From an uncultured delta proteobacterium (GTDB lineage Bacteria > Desulfobacterota > RBG-13-43-22): 64,000 nt of DNA. The stretch spans positions 29,311-93,310 of the forward strand of contig CAWJJC010000008.1 in NCBI GenBank assembly GCA_963843145.1, given 5' to 3'. Under the pieces are notes generated by a model that was not told where the DNA came from, did no database searches, and was given only the letters and a program-made list of their open reading frames with translations. Below, piece by piece: positions 20,823-31,670 of this stretch. Positions within the stretch are counted from its first letter, which is position 1. Each line of letters begins with the position of its first letter. The position numbers and the translations under genes were made by a program.

Positions 20823-21196
20823 ACTGTTGTTTTAGAATTTTGGGCCGCAATGCCAGATTTCGAATGAAAATCAGCAAGATTATCTGGGTTAAAGGGGAAA
20901 TTTTCGAAGAAAACTTCCATCTTGACTACCCATTCACTTAGGAGTATTTTTTACATATTTAACCACCCAGATCTTAATAAGGTTCAAATTTTCTCTGCAA
21001 TCCGGAAAGGATAGATAGCATGAAGAATCATCCTATTTCTGTATATTCTGCTATAATGAGTTACGAGGAATCCGAGGTGGTTTGTAGACCACGGGTCGTC
21101 ACTCCAAAGACAAATGGTTATCGTTTACATCTTCAGAATCCTTTGAGGTGGGGAACTATACAGAAACTTTAGACTAAATTGTTGGCCCGGAGACTG

Positions 21197-22042
21197 ATGA
21201 AACTTGATCCCACATCACCCGACTACGTGAAGGTCAAGCGTGGCCAAACTGGCGAATGCAACATCTGCCTGACCAATGACGATCTCAAGTGGGATCATGT
21301 TCCACCTCAGGGCGGAGTCGATGTTGCACCATTGGACCAGTACACAATTCTCGAACGCCTTGCCGGGCGCTCTCTCAAGCCCAATCGTGCGCTCACGCAG
21401 AACGGAGTGAAGTACAGGACGCTTTGCGAGCGGTGCAATAGCCGTCTTCTCGGCGGCGGGTATGACAAAGCGCTGAACGAGTTCGCCTTGACCGTCGGAC
21501 GCTTCCTCAACACTACGCTGCACCTTCCTTCACAGGTGTCCGTCGCCACGAAGCCAGCCCGCCTGTTGCGGTCGCTCTTTGGGCATCTGCTCGCGGCCAA
21601 AGCCGAACTGGAGCATAGTAAGCCAGACGAGGCGATGCGGCAGTACGTTCTTGATCCCGCGGCGCGAGTCCCGCCAGACTTGAACGTGTTCTACTTCGTG
21701 TACCCCTATCCGGATCTCGTCGTAGTTCGTGACGTGGTCATGCCAGCGCGCCGGGGGCGATTTGACAGCATGGGCATCTTCAGCATTCTCAAGTACTTCC
21801 CGATCGCGTATATCGTGACAAACGTCAAGGAGTACGAAGGACTTCAATCGCTTTCCTTCCAGGGTCCCCAGAACCTGGACCAAGTCGTGGACATCCCGAT
21901 CTCGCTGGAAAGCCTACGAGCACGCGATTGGCCGGAAGTAGTAGACGATGGGAACTTCGTGGCCGGAGGGGGCTCGACAGGGCAGAGCTCTGTGACGGCA
22001 ATCCCGAAGGGAGCGAAACTGAGAGGGCCAACAAAGACCTGA
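21197..22042 (+). CDS. HNH-endonuclease-like protein carried on an integron-type gene cassette
   Basis: CNIC...WDHVPP...LCERCN; GGAGA RBS just after core site GTTGGCC at 21181. Confidence 0.7.
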   Translation: MKLDPTSPDYVKVKRGQTGECNICLTNDDLKWDHVPPQGGVDVAPLDQYTILERLAGRSLKPNRALTQNGVKYRTLCERCNSRLLGGGYDKALNEFALTVGRFLNTTLHLPSQVSVATKPARLLRSLFGHLLAAKAELEHSKPDEAMRQYVLDPAARVPPDLNVFYFVYPYPDLVVVRDVVMPARRGRFDSMGIFSILKYFPIAYIVTNVKEYEGLQSLSFQGPQNLDQVVDIPISLESLRARDWPEVVDDGNFVAGGGSTGQSSVTAIPKGAKLRGPTKT

Positions 22043-22106
22043 ACTCGACAAGTGAAAGGCCGCGCTTCGCTTGCATTCCACTTGCGCGTTAGGTCAGGCG
22101 ATGGCG
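22026..22106 (+). other. attC site with mutated R' box (GATGGCG instead of GTT)
   Basis: R'' GGCCAAC is the exact complement of the cassette-start GTTGGCC; GACCTGAAC/GTTAGGTC L-box pairing; CAAGTG/CACTTG stem. Confidence 0.75.
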
Positions 22107-22171
22107 CGCTCCTCATCCTGGTCGATGCGTCATGCAACCTATAATCTGTGAGCAAATCGAGGGACCAAGGC

Positions 22172-22900
22172 ATGGACAAAGCACTCGAAAGGCTTGACCA
22201 CATCTTATCAGTTCAAGACATTATGACGCCAGTACAGGCGTTGGAAAGAGCAGACTCCTTTGAAGATGCAACCCGCCTCTTCAAAGAATATGATGTGGTG
22301 CCACACCCGAAGACGGGAAGAATTGAGGGTTTTTTCAGACGCAAGACTGACGAGTTGATCAATCTGAAACCAGACCACCTTATCAGTAACGCAACAAGCC
22401 TACTCGATATGCCGCAACTTCTCGATCAGGCCTCTTTCCGCTTTGTTATCTCTGCCGACAAAATCGCTGGGTATGTTCATTACTCCGATTTGAATAAGCC
22501 AGCAATGAAGATACCCCTATTTCTCCTCTTTCAGGCGATGGAGAAAAGTTTCTGGGACAGAATCAAAGACCAGATCACGGAAGATGTCGTGCGCAAGGTG
22601 TTTCAAAATCAAAATAACGCACAGCGTTGCATCAAGAAACGAGATACGGCCAGAAAGAGCAATGTTGACGTTGGCTGGACGGGCGTCTTCAGCCTACCAA
22701 GCATCCTAAAGCTGGCGCGGCACTTTCAAGCAACAGATCTATCAGACAAGGAAATAGAAGAGCTGGGATGGACCCGAAATAATGTCGCGCACTCAGACAA
22801 GAATCTTGTAAACAGCCATAGTGAGGCAGCCCGATTAGTGGGTGCGATCAAGCTCTGTCAATTAATTCTTGAGTCAATCCCAAAGTTAGTTGAAATTTAG
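22172..22900 (+). CDS. CBS-like plus HEPN (RxxxxH) domain protein; last codons read into an IS end
   Basis: VQDIMTP and IAGYVHYSDLNK CBS-like motifs; C-terminal RNNVAH. Confidence 0.65.
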   Translation: MDKALERLDHILSVQDIMTPVQALERADSFEDATRLFKEYDVVPHPKTGRIEGFFRRKTDELINLKPDHLISNATSLLDMPQLLDQASFRFVISADKIAGYVHYSDLNKPAMKIPLFLLFQAMEKSFWDRIKDQITEDVVRKVFQNQNNAQRCIKKRDTARKSNVDVGWTGVFSLPSILKLARHFQATDLSDKEIEELGWTRNNVAHSDKNLVNSHSEAARLVGAIKLCQLILESIPKLVEI

Positions 22901-22914
22901 AAAGTGGCAAAATT
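22873..22914. repeat. IS256-like terminal repeat, copy 1 (40/42 identical to 26979-27020, same orientation)
   Basis: GTCAATCCCAAAGTTAGTTGAAATT(T/C)AGAAAGTGGC(A/C)AAATT compared by hand. Confidence 0.85.
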
Positions 22915-22996
22915 ATTGTGTCCTTCCGATAAGCCTGCGTGAAAATTTTTGGCGGCGGTGGTACCGTTGGTTATCAAAAGAGAAAGGGGATAACCG

Positions 22997-23233
22997 ATGG
23001 ATCAGCGATTCGCAGGTAGTGAGAGACCCAGTCTTGAAAAGGTTCGTCAGCGATTTGAGCAATGGCGTGGGCGCAGGAGGCGTGGCACGCCCCTACCGGA
23101 CAGTTTGTGGGAAAGTGCGGTGAGTCTTTGCGCCGATCATTCCATTAGCACGATTTCCCGATCCTTGCGGCTGGGTTATAATGGCTTGAGGCGCCGCGTT
23201 TCTCAAGCGAGAGATTGGGTATTTTGTTCATAG
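22997..23233 (+). mobile_element. IS66-like element first ORF (HTH accessory protein), truncated
   Basis: RFEQWR...PLPDSLWESAVSLC...ISRSLRLGYNGLRRRV pattern. Confidence 0.6.
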
Positions 23234-23243
23234 GGAGGGAATA

Positions 23244-26200
23244 ATGAATAAGCGGCTTCTATTTTTCTTCCTTTCGTTACTTCTGGCTTATGGATCACCT
23301 TCTTTTGCCGGGACCATTCAGCTTCCAAAAACTGGCCAGACCAAATGCTATAACTCAACAGGGACTGAAATTCCATGTGCCGGAACTGGACAAGATGGAG
23401 AGATCAGAGCCGGGATCGCATGGCCTGATCCCCGGTTTACAGTTAATGGCGACTGCGTTACCGACAACCTAACCGGGTTGATGTGGTCAAAGGATGGAAA
23501 CATTCCCAACGAGTACAGAAACTGGCAGCAGGCCCTGGATTATGTGGCTTCAATCAACAGTGGGGCAGGCTTGTGTGGTTATTCAGACTGGCACTTACCC
23601 AATATCAATGAATTGGCAAGTCTTGTTAATCTTGGAGTTCCTAACGTGTCCACGTGGTTAAGCGCCCAAGGCTTCAATAATATCGGAACCAATACCATGT
23701 ATTGGTCTTCTACGACAGATGCAAGTGATGATAGTAGAGCTTGGCGTGTAATTATGGTGGACTGGAGAGATGTGGCCCGGTGACAAGGTGGAAGGTTGCT
23801 ACCTTTGGCCCGTTCGTATAGCTTCATCACCCACGATCCCTAAGACTGGCCAAACAATTAGTTATGCTCCGAACGATGATGGGGATTTGAAAATTGGAGT
23901 CGAATGGCCTAACCCAAGGTTAACGGATATTGGAAATGGAACGGTATTAGACAACCTTACTAATCTAACCTGGACACAAACGCCAATTTTATCGGAAGGG
24001 CAAATGACTTGGCCAGAGGCCCTTCAGTATGTGGCTAAGATGAACGGTGGAATAAAGCCAAATTATGGTAAAACTGACTGGCGGCTCCCAAATCCTAATG
24101 AAATGAAAAGCCTGACTGATTACTCCAGTTTAATCCAGCACTTCCCGCAGGACATCCTTTTCTTCCGACATCGATGTCAGACGAGACCTTCTGGTTATCG
24201 TCCACTCACAGTGCCTCGACTACACAAGCATGGGGGGAGTATATTTCTCTTGGTTGGTTGGATACCCCGTCAAAAACTACCTCATTACAATTTCCTCTGG
24301 CCGGTACGGGGTGGGACATTGGATCATTTTGAATTTTCAATCATTCCCTCTCCTCAATCCGTCGGCGTCCCCTTTTCCATTACCATAACAATCAAGGATA
24401 CCAATGGAAATACGGTGCCGGATTTCAATGGTCCGGTGACCTTAAGTGCAACTATTGGTAACGTCACCCCGACCACAATCAATTTGGTCTCTGGAGTAAG
24501 CAATGAAAACGTTTCCCTCGACGCCGTAGGGAATGGCACCAAGATCATAGCCAGCAGTAATGGCAAGCAGGGTGAGAGCAATGCTTTCATTGTGGCAGGA
24601 TTTCCCAGCATTACTACGGGCTCAGCCACGGATGTGACCACCAATTCAGCCACTTTGAACGGGACGGTGAATGCCAATAACGCAAGCACCACGGTGACCT
24701 TGCAATACGGCCTGAACACATCCTACGGGACCACGGTGGCCGCGGACCAGAGCCCGGTAACGGGGAACAGCAATACCGCGGTAAGCAAGGGAATATCCGG
24801 GTTGTCTCCGAATACGATTTATCACTACCGGTTAGTAGGCATGAACTCGTCCGGGACTACGAATGGCAGCGACCTGACGTTTACAACTCAGAAGACTCCT
24901 TCAGCCACGACCAATGAGGCCAGCGGGGTAACAACCTCGGGGGCCACCTTGAACGGGATAGTTAACCCGAACGGAACCTCTACGAACTATTATTTCCAGT
25001 GGGGGACGACTATTTCTTATGGAAACAACACTTCTACTCATTTGGCTGGCAACGGTACGAGTGATGTGAATGTTTCCGCTCCTATCACCAGCCTCACTCC
25101 CGGCACCACTTACCATTACCGGATTGTTGCCACCAGTATCGCTGGGACCATCATCGGGGGGGATCAGGCTTTTAATACGTTGGCTGTTGATACCACCCCC
25201 AATGCTTTCACCTTCACGGACCAAACGGGCGTGGCCTTGAACCTAATCATTTCCAATGCGATATCCGTTGATGCGATCAACACCGCTTCCCCCATTACCA
25301 TCAACGGGGGTACATATAGTGTATCAACTGACGGAGGATCAAACTGGTCCACATGTTCGGCGACAACACCATCTACGGTAAGTCTGAACGACCGGGTCAA
25401 GGTATGCCTATCCTCGTCCTCCAGTTTCAGCACCGTTACAAATTCAATGTTGACCATCGGTACGATTAGCGATACCTTCAGCGTGACGACGTGGATGACA
25501 CCATCCCCAATGCCTTCAGCTTCACGGGCCAGACCGGGGTTCTGTTGAATAATTTGAGGGAATCTAACCCGATAACAGTTGCTGGCATCACCGGGCCTAC
25601 GCCGATTTCCATCACCGGGGGTGAGTATAAGATCGGAACGGGGACCTACACGTCTGCCTCCGGGACGGTCAACAATGGAGATACGGTCACGGTTCGGCAG
25701 ACCTCCTCTAATTCGGTAGCCACACGGACTGATGTTACTCTTAATATTGGCGGAGTTGTGGGTACATTTAGCGTGACTACTGGGAACACTTCATCTCTGT
25801 TTCTCCCTGTTATCCTAAATGCCTATGAGAATTACAATCCGCCTCCCCCTGTACCATCCACCGATTTCCGTTTACCTAAAACGGGGCAAACAACTTTTTT
25901 CTATCCAGGAGATGATGGAGATCTACAGAAAGGAGTTGCCTGGCCCAATCCAAGATTTCAGGTAGACGGGGATTGCATACTGGATAAGTTAACCGGGTTA
26001 ACCTGGGCAAAAACACCCTCAACAACAATGGATTGGTTCCAAGCGTTAACCTATGCAAATGGGTCATCCTTTTGCGGTAAAAGTGGCTGGCGTTTACCAA
26101 ATGTTCTCGAATTGGAAAGTTTAATTCAAGTGGTCAAGCTGATACCAGGTTCTTGGTTGAATTCCCAAGGTTTTAATTTGGGGTATGTACATGGACTCTA

Positions 26201-26904
26201 ATTTTGGACTTCAACAACCGATAGCGCTAACACAGGTGAAGCTTACTGTGTAAATCTCCATGATGGAGATATTTCTACAATAGCGAAATCACTTCTCTGC
26301 TTATTACGTAAATCTGTTCTCGCAGTTCAAGGCGGCCAAAAGTTTTCTATTGATTCTAATTATCCAGCCAATATTCGGCAAACCGGTCAGACCCTCAGTT
26401 TTGCCCCAGGTGATGATGGTGATTTGAAGAGGGGAGTTTCCTTGCCGTCTCCCAGGTTCCAAGATAATAACGACGGAACTGTAACTGATAAATTGACAAT
26501 GTTGGTCTGGTTAAAAGATGCCAGTTGTATTGAATCACAATATCCATCTTATGGGGATTATTGGGAGATGTGAATTGGCAGAAATCGCTTGATTTTATAA
26601 AAGGGATCAATGATGGCACCTATTCAAAATGTGGGGCTAATTATAATGACTGGAGGCTGCCGAACCGAGATGGAACTGTTAAGCTTGTATGATTTCTCGA
26701 AATACTGACCCATCGCTTCCATCGGGACATCCTTTTATTAATGTGGAAAAGAAAACTATTGGACTTCGACAACTCTTATAGATTCTACGAATAACGCATG
26801 GATAAATTGATAGTAACAATAATTTGAAATTCCAATCTGGAATGAATCCGTTTTAAAAGACAAATTCCTTTAATGTTTGGCCTGTCCGTGGGCCGAATCC
26901 TTAA
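23244..26904 (+). CDS. Large secreted protein with four Lcl/DUF1566 (C-type-lectin-fold) domains plus Ig-like and FN3-like repeats; several frameshifts (pseudogene or sequencing errors)
   Basis: Signal peptide; four units of TGQ..DG....G..WP.PR, DxLTxLxW, WRLPN and (W/F)xSST..WPVR; spans ORFs 23244, 23770 and 25491 and ends VWPVRGPNP* at 26904. Confidence 0.85.
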
Positions 26905-26978
26905 TCTATTCTGAAACGGTCACAGTCGGCGGGATCGACACTTCTATCCCCATTTCCATTACTGGAGGGGGTACGCGG

Positions 26979-27170
26979 GTCAATCCCAAAGTTAGTTGAA
27001 ATTCAGAAAGTGGCCAAATTTATTTAAGCGGCCTTCTTCAATCGAGAGACCTCATTTTTTAAAGCATCCCGCAAACGATAAAGATACTTGAAACCCTGGA
27101 CCCGTCGCAGGGAGGGTTCAATCATCAGTAGGGCTGAAGCCACCCACCGCTGTTTGTGGTACGCTTAAAA
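26979..27170 (-). mobile_element. IS256-family transposase 3' remnant with terminal repeat
   Basis: Manual translation KQRWVASALLMIEPSLRRVQGFKYLYRLRDALKNEVSRLKKAA* followed by the 42-bp end repeat. Confidence 0.75.
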
Positions 27171-27320
27171 GTCCCTTTTGCCAATTCTGAAGACCCTTTT
27201 CAAGTCGGGGATAAGTAACGAAACATTCCAAACGATAATCGTTAACTTCCTGGGGTTTCATGTTAAAAGACTTGTAGGTGATAATCAAGTTTCAGAGTGA
27301 CACCTTGCCGGACGGCCAGA

Positions 27321-27635
27321 TTAGGGGTGTAGCTCGCCGTTCGTTTTCACTTTGCCGTAATGCTGCGGAATTTTTTTCAGCGCGTCGCCTATCTCAAGTG
27401 CAGCCATCCGCAATTCATAGTTTTTTTGCAGGTTAATCCAGATATCCGGCCCCGTCCCGAACCACCGGCCAAGGCGCAAGGCTGTGTCGCCGGTAATGCC
27501 GCGTTTACCCTGTATGATCTGGGTCAGCCGGTTCGTCGGCACACCCAATTCTTTTGCCAGCTCGTTGGCGCTCATGCCGAGCGCCTTTAATTCGTCGGCC
27601 AAGTGTTCTCCCGGGTGAATGATAATCCGTGCCAT
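27321..27635 (-). CDS. higA: HigA family addiction module antitoxin
   Basis: IHPGEHL, GKRGITGDTALRLGRWFGT and WINLQ motifs. Confidence 0.93.
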   Translation of the reverse strand: MARIIIHPGEHLADELKALGMSANELAKELGVPTNRLTQIIQGKRGITGDTALRLGRWFGTGPDIWINLQKNYELRMAALEIGDALKKIPQHYGKVKTNGELHP

Positions 27636-27647
27636 AGTTAATCCCCT

Positions 27648-27986
27648 TTAACTAGTGGGCTGAACCGTGACGGACATATGTCCTTGTTGCCCCTTGCTTC
27701 TCCGGGAGGCCGGTTTAACCGTGACTTCTACATCCTGCCCGAGTACCGTTAGAAACTCTATCAACCGGCCAATGGATACCGACACGGGACGGCAGCGCAC
27801 AAGCGCCGATACTTGCGCCTGCGTGGATCCAAGAAGTTTCGCGGCTTCGGCTTGGGTTAGCCCCCGGTCTTTCAGGAGCCGGTAAATTTGTACCGTTAGC
27901 TTGGCTTTAACAAGCTCCTGCTCCGAATGGGGGAACCCAAGATCGGCAAAAACATTGCCGCTGCTTTTTTCGCGATTGATCGTCAT
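27648..27986 (-). CDS. XRE-family HTH antitoxin
   Basis: SSGNVFADLG, GLTQAEAAKLLG and LGQDVEVTV motifs. Confidence 0.88.
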   Translation of the reverse strand: MTINREKSSGNVFADLGFPHSEQELVKAKLTVQIYRLLKDRGLTQAEAAKLLGSTQAQVSALVRCRPVSVSIGRLIEFLTVLGQDVEVTVKPASRRSKGQQGHMSVTVQPTS

Positions 27987-28215
27987 ATCAAAGTCTCCTT
28001 ATAATGGCCCTCGGCCTGCTTCAAACGGACGCGGATTAAGTCTAATTCATGCTTCGGCGTTGCAATCCCATGCCTGGCCTTCTTCTGAAATATGTGCAAT
28101 ACATAAACCTTTGCGGCGAACCGGACGGTATAAACAGCGCGATAGGTATCGCCCCGTGATCCTCGACCAGTTCAAGAACCCCGCTCCGCCAAACCCTATT
28201 AAGCGGCTTACTCCG
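27983..28215 (-). pseudogene. RelE/Gp49-like toxin, 5'-truncated and frameshifted
   Basis: GFGGAG(V)LELVEDH..TYRAVYTVRF..VYVLHIFQKKARHGIATPKHEL across frames; ATGA overlap with the XRE gene. Confidence 0.8.
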
Positions 28216-28249
28216 GCCAAGGTCTCCTGGTGTAATAATCCGGCCATTC

Positions 28250-28515
28250 GCTTCCGGTGATATTCTCACCACATTGGGCCGCGTAAAACGGGCCATAAGC
28301 CAAAAACGCACTGAACGTTAATCCGGATGCTGTGCTGGCCTTTGCGATCACCTTTAAGGCCTTCAAGCCTGTTTCCTGGGTATTGAGGGCATGAGGCAGG
28401 TCCGCTGCATGATCCTTTCAAGCCGAGCATGGCTTTCCGCTCAAGCCCATTAACGCCTTGACCCTTTCGTCCTCAAAAAAAGCTCGGGTCAGCTTATTCG
28501 GAAACTTAAGATCAT
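28250..28515 (-). pseudogene. HigB-type toxin remnant
   Basis: MILSF start; PGNRLEGLKGDRKGQHSIRIN motif; many indels. Confidence 0.75.
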
Positions 28516-29138
28516 TAAATCCCTTTTAGCATATTATATTATCGCGTCAATAGTCAAATCAGGACTTTCCTCTCATTTCTAAGGCCTTACCGATCCCGTT
28601 GTCCTGGCTTCTCCTTCCCCCGTTCAACGACAAGCGCCATGCTTTACGGATAGGGCTTTCCCGTGCCGTTCTTCGCCTTCCTTTTGCGCCCTCGCCAAAC
28701 CCGCCCTTTTCCCTTTTATTTCAGAACCTTTCTCTTTTTTCAGGTTTATGCGGCTTATAACGGGGTCGGCATCCGGCGCAACAGCCAATCCGCGGTTTTT
28801 TCCCCTGCCCTTTGGTCATTCCTCGCGGCCGCCTTGCTCCAAAAAACAGCGTTCCGGCTGTCCTCTTCTTCGTTCCGGCCCTTTCGGGTGCTCGCGGTTG
28901 CCTTTGCCCCCGCAGGGAAGACCCCGAAATTGAGACTCCGGATGGGAATCCGCATGAAGATTATAGCTTGCAGCGCCTTCTCGATCTTATTGACCGTAAA
29001 GGACTGGCCGCGCTTGGCTAACGGGGCCGTTTTTTCTTGAATGGTTTTTTAAGCCTTGATATATAACAGGATAGTTTGTTATCGTGTTATATATCGGGGA
29101 ATCACCGTGAAACCCGCGTCCATCACAGGGGCCAAAAT

Positions 29139-29979
29139 ATGAAGTTTCTGGACGGATTATCGGACAACCTTAAAAAAAATCTGCTCAAGGGACTCCGGGT
29201 CTTGTGGACGCACGCTTCGACTTCCCTTGAGGGCAATACCCTGACTTTAGGGGAAACGGATTTTGTTTTAAGCGAGGGGTTGACTATCAAAGGCAAGCCC
29301 CTCAAAGACCACAGGGACGTTGAGGGCCACGCCCGCGCCGTGGACTTGTTGCTGAATCTGGTTAAAAAGGACACGTTCACGGCCGAGGACTTGTTCGATC
29401 TCCATAGGCTGGTCATCAACGAACAGATTCTTGACGTTTACAAGCCCATTGGGGATTGGAAAAAGGAAAACAACTTCACCACCATCACCCTTGGCGACAC
29501 GCAACGATCTTTCAATTTTCAAGCTATCTGGAAGTCCCCCGGCTAATGGCCCGTTGGCTGGACTTGTTGAATATGAGGTTCAAGCCCCGAAAGAGCTAAA
29601 GGAAGCCTTGAGATCCTTTGTTCGGCTTCACCTCTCTTTTGTGGGCATCCATCCTTTTTGGGATGGAAACGGCCGGATTGCGCGGCTGGTTTCCAACCTG
29701 CCTTGCCTCAAATTCGGCTATCCGCCGATCATCATTGATAAGGACAGGCGCTATGACTACATCACCGCCCTGGCTGAATATCATTTAGCCAATGGGGCTC
29801 CTACTGCAAAAACCGACCTGTTTTTTGATAGCCCTTCCCTTGAGAAGTTTTCCGGCCTTTGTGAGCAAAGTTGGGCCAAAAGCTGGACCCTGGTTGACGA
29901 GGCCCGGGCGTTACAGAAAAAACAGAACACCCACGCCCCCAATATCTCCACCAGTCCGGCCGGAAAGTTTTCTCCTTAA
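29139..29979 (+). CDS. Fic family protein (frameshifts near 29500-29580)
   Basis: HPFWDGNGRIAR catalytic motif; N-terminal STSLEGN inhibitory-helix motif. Confidence 0.88.
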
Positions 29980-30119
29980 CGGTTGACAGATAGGGCGGAG
30001 TATTATAAATTACGATAACATGTATAGGGGAAAAGGCCAATGAACGACGACAGGATAGCCCCGCCAGCCAATTTTCAGTTTTATCCACCTTGCCGCCTGG
30101 CCCGGTTGAAGACGAAACC

Positions 30120-30987
30120 ATGCACTCTAAGAACGAAATCCGCCCCGTCTTGGTGCGCCAGGGTCTCAAATCGCCGGGCCGTCGCTCGCTCTTTTCGGTC
30201 CTCCTTTTAACCCTACTCTTTTTTCTGATTGCCCTTCCGGGACCGAGGTCGCCGAGCGCCGGAGGTGGGATTCGGCCGCCGGTCTATGGGTTTCAAGTCA
30301 TTCAGGCCTTCCCCCATGATCCGGAGGCCTTCACCCAGGGACTGCTATTTCACGAAGGCTATCTGTACGAAAGTACCGGTCTCCATGGAAAATCCAGCTT
30401 AAGGAAAGTTCATCTGGAAACGGGTCGGGTTGTTAAAAACATCCCCTTGTCGGAACAGTATTTTGGCGAAGGGTTGACCCGCTGGAAGGATACGCTGGTT
30501 CAGTTAACCTGGCAATCGCGGGTCGGGTTTATGTATGATTTGCCCACCTTTCGCCTGATGAAAAAAATGCCTTATCCCTTTGAGGGCTGGGGATTAACCG
30601 AGGATGGCCAATCCTTGATTGCCAGCGATGGGACCTCACAGCTCTATTTCTTGGATCCGGTTCTCTTGAAAGAACGTAAGCGCATAGTGGTTCGGGACCA
30701 GGGGCTGCCCGTGACCCGGCTAAATGAATTGGAATTTATTAACGGGGAGATTTTCGCCAATATTTTTCTCACCGATCGGATTGCCCGCATCGCCCCGGAT
30801 ACCGGGGAAGTCACCGGCTGGATCGACTTGACCGGGTTGCTTCCTGTCTCGGATCGCCGGCCCAACACGGATGTCCTTAACGGAATTGCTTACGACCAGC
30901 CAAAAGCACCGGCTCCTGGTGACCGGCAAAAACTGGCCCAAATTGTTTCATATTCGTTTAGTCAAACGGAATCCAGGATCTCCCTGA
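30120..30987 (+). CDS. Glutaminyl-peptide cyclotransferase (frameshift near 30905)
   Basis: [31 protein letters not shown] and VLNGIAYD, then [12 protein letters not shown] in another frame. Confidence 0.9.
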
Positions 30988-31160
30988 CCCGCTGTCCGAG
31001 TTCTTCCGGAGTAAAAGGCTTCTGTAGAAAATGTCCCCCCAGGGTCTGCATCCCCTCCAGATATACCCGTTGCTTTGTTTGACAATGCTATAAACCGTGG
31101 ATAACCCCAGCCCGGTCCCCTTGCCCATTTCCTTGGTGGTAAAAAAGGGTTCAAAAAATA
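30958..31160 (-). pseudogene. Collapsed remnant of a hybrid histidine kinase (HATPase piece joined to a receiver C-terminus)
   Basis: [27 protein letters not shown] followed by [19 protein letters not shown]. Confidence 0.75.
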
Positions 31161-31268
31161 TTGTCAATCCGCCGCGGGGGCTGTCCGGTCTCAGCCGAAC
31201 CCGCGGGGGCAGGAAAAAACTTGTCAAACCCAGCCTCTTACGTTAAAACCTTTTCAGGGGGGTAGGTT

Positions 31269-31667
31269 ATGGCCTTTTGGAGCCGCAAAAAAGAAAAAAC
31301 GTCCGAATCCGGAAAGGCGGAGGGCAAGAGCTTCAAAAACTTTATTGAAGCCGCCTTGTTGGAAATGGAAGGCCTGATGGCCCAAGATCAAAGATGGTAT
31401 TATAACCTGCCCTATACGGGCGCCATGTCCATCGAGGAAGCCAAAAACTTTGAAACCGAAAAAAGGGCTCTCTGGCGTCGGGTGATCTATGATGCCCGGC
31501 GCACTAAACTCCCCGGATTAAAGTGGGAAACCCGGGGGGATGCCCAGGTCTGCCCGGAATGCCAGAGAATGGAGGGTCGTATTTTTTCGTTGGAAGAATA
31601 TGACGGCTTAAACCAAAGGATCATGCACATCGGCTGCCGCTGTAACCTGGTTTCCGTCCGTGATTAA
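31269..31667 (+). CDS. Hypothetical protein with a MuF/gpF-like C-terminal Cys/His motif
   Basis: KWETRGDAQVCPECQRMEGRIF...HIGCRC. Confidence 0.65.
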   Translation: MAFWSRKKEKTSESGKAEGKSFKNFIEAALLEMEGLMAQDQRWYYNLPYTGAMSIEEAKNFETEKRALWRRVIYDARRTKLPGLKWETRGDAQVCPECQRMEGRIFSLEEYDGLNQRIMHIGCRCNLVSVRD

Positions 31668-31670
31668 GGC

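Noticed and set aside
4928-26904. Diversity-generating retroelement (an RT and Lcl domains in the same window)
   Set aside because: The RT is a class D group II intron protein within full intron RNA; no template repeat or avd gene was seen
28560-29040. Short overlapping ORFs on both strands before the Fic gene
   Set aside because: No recognisable family; probably decayed sequence
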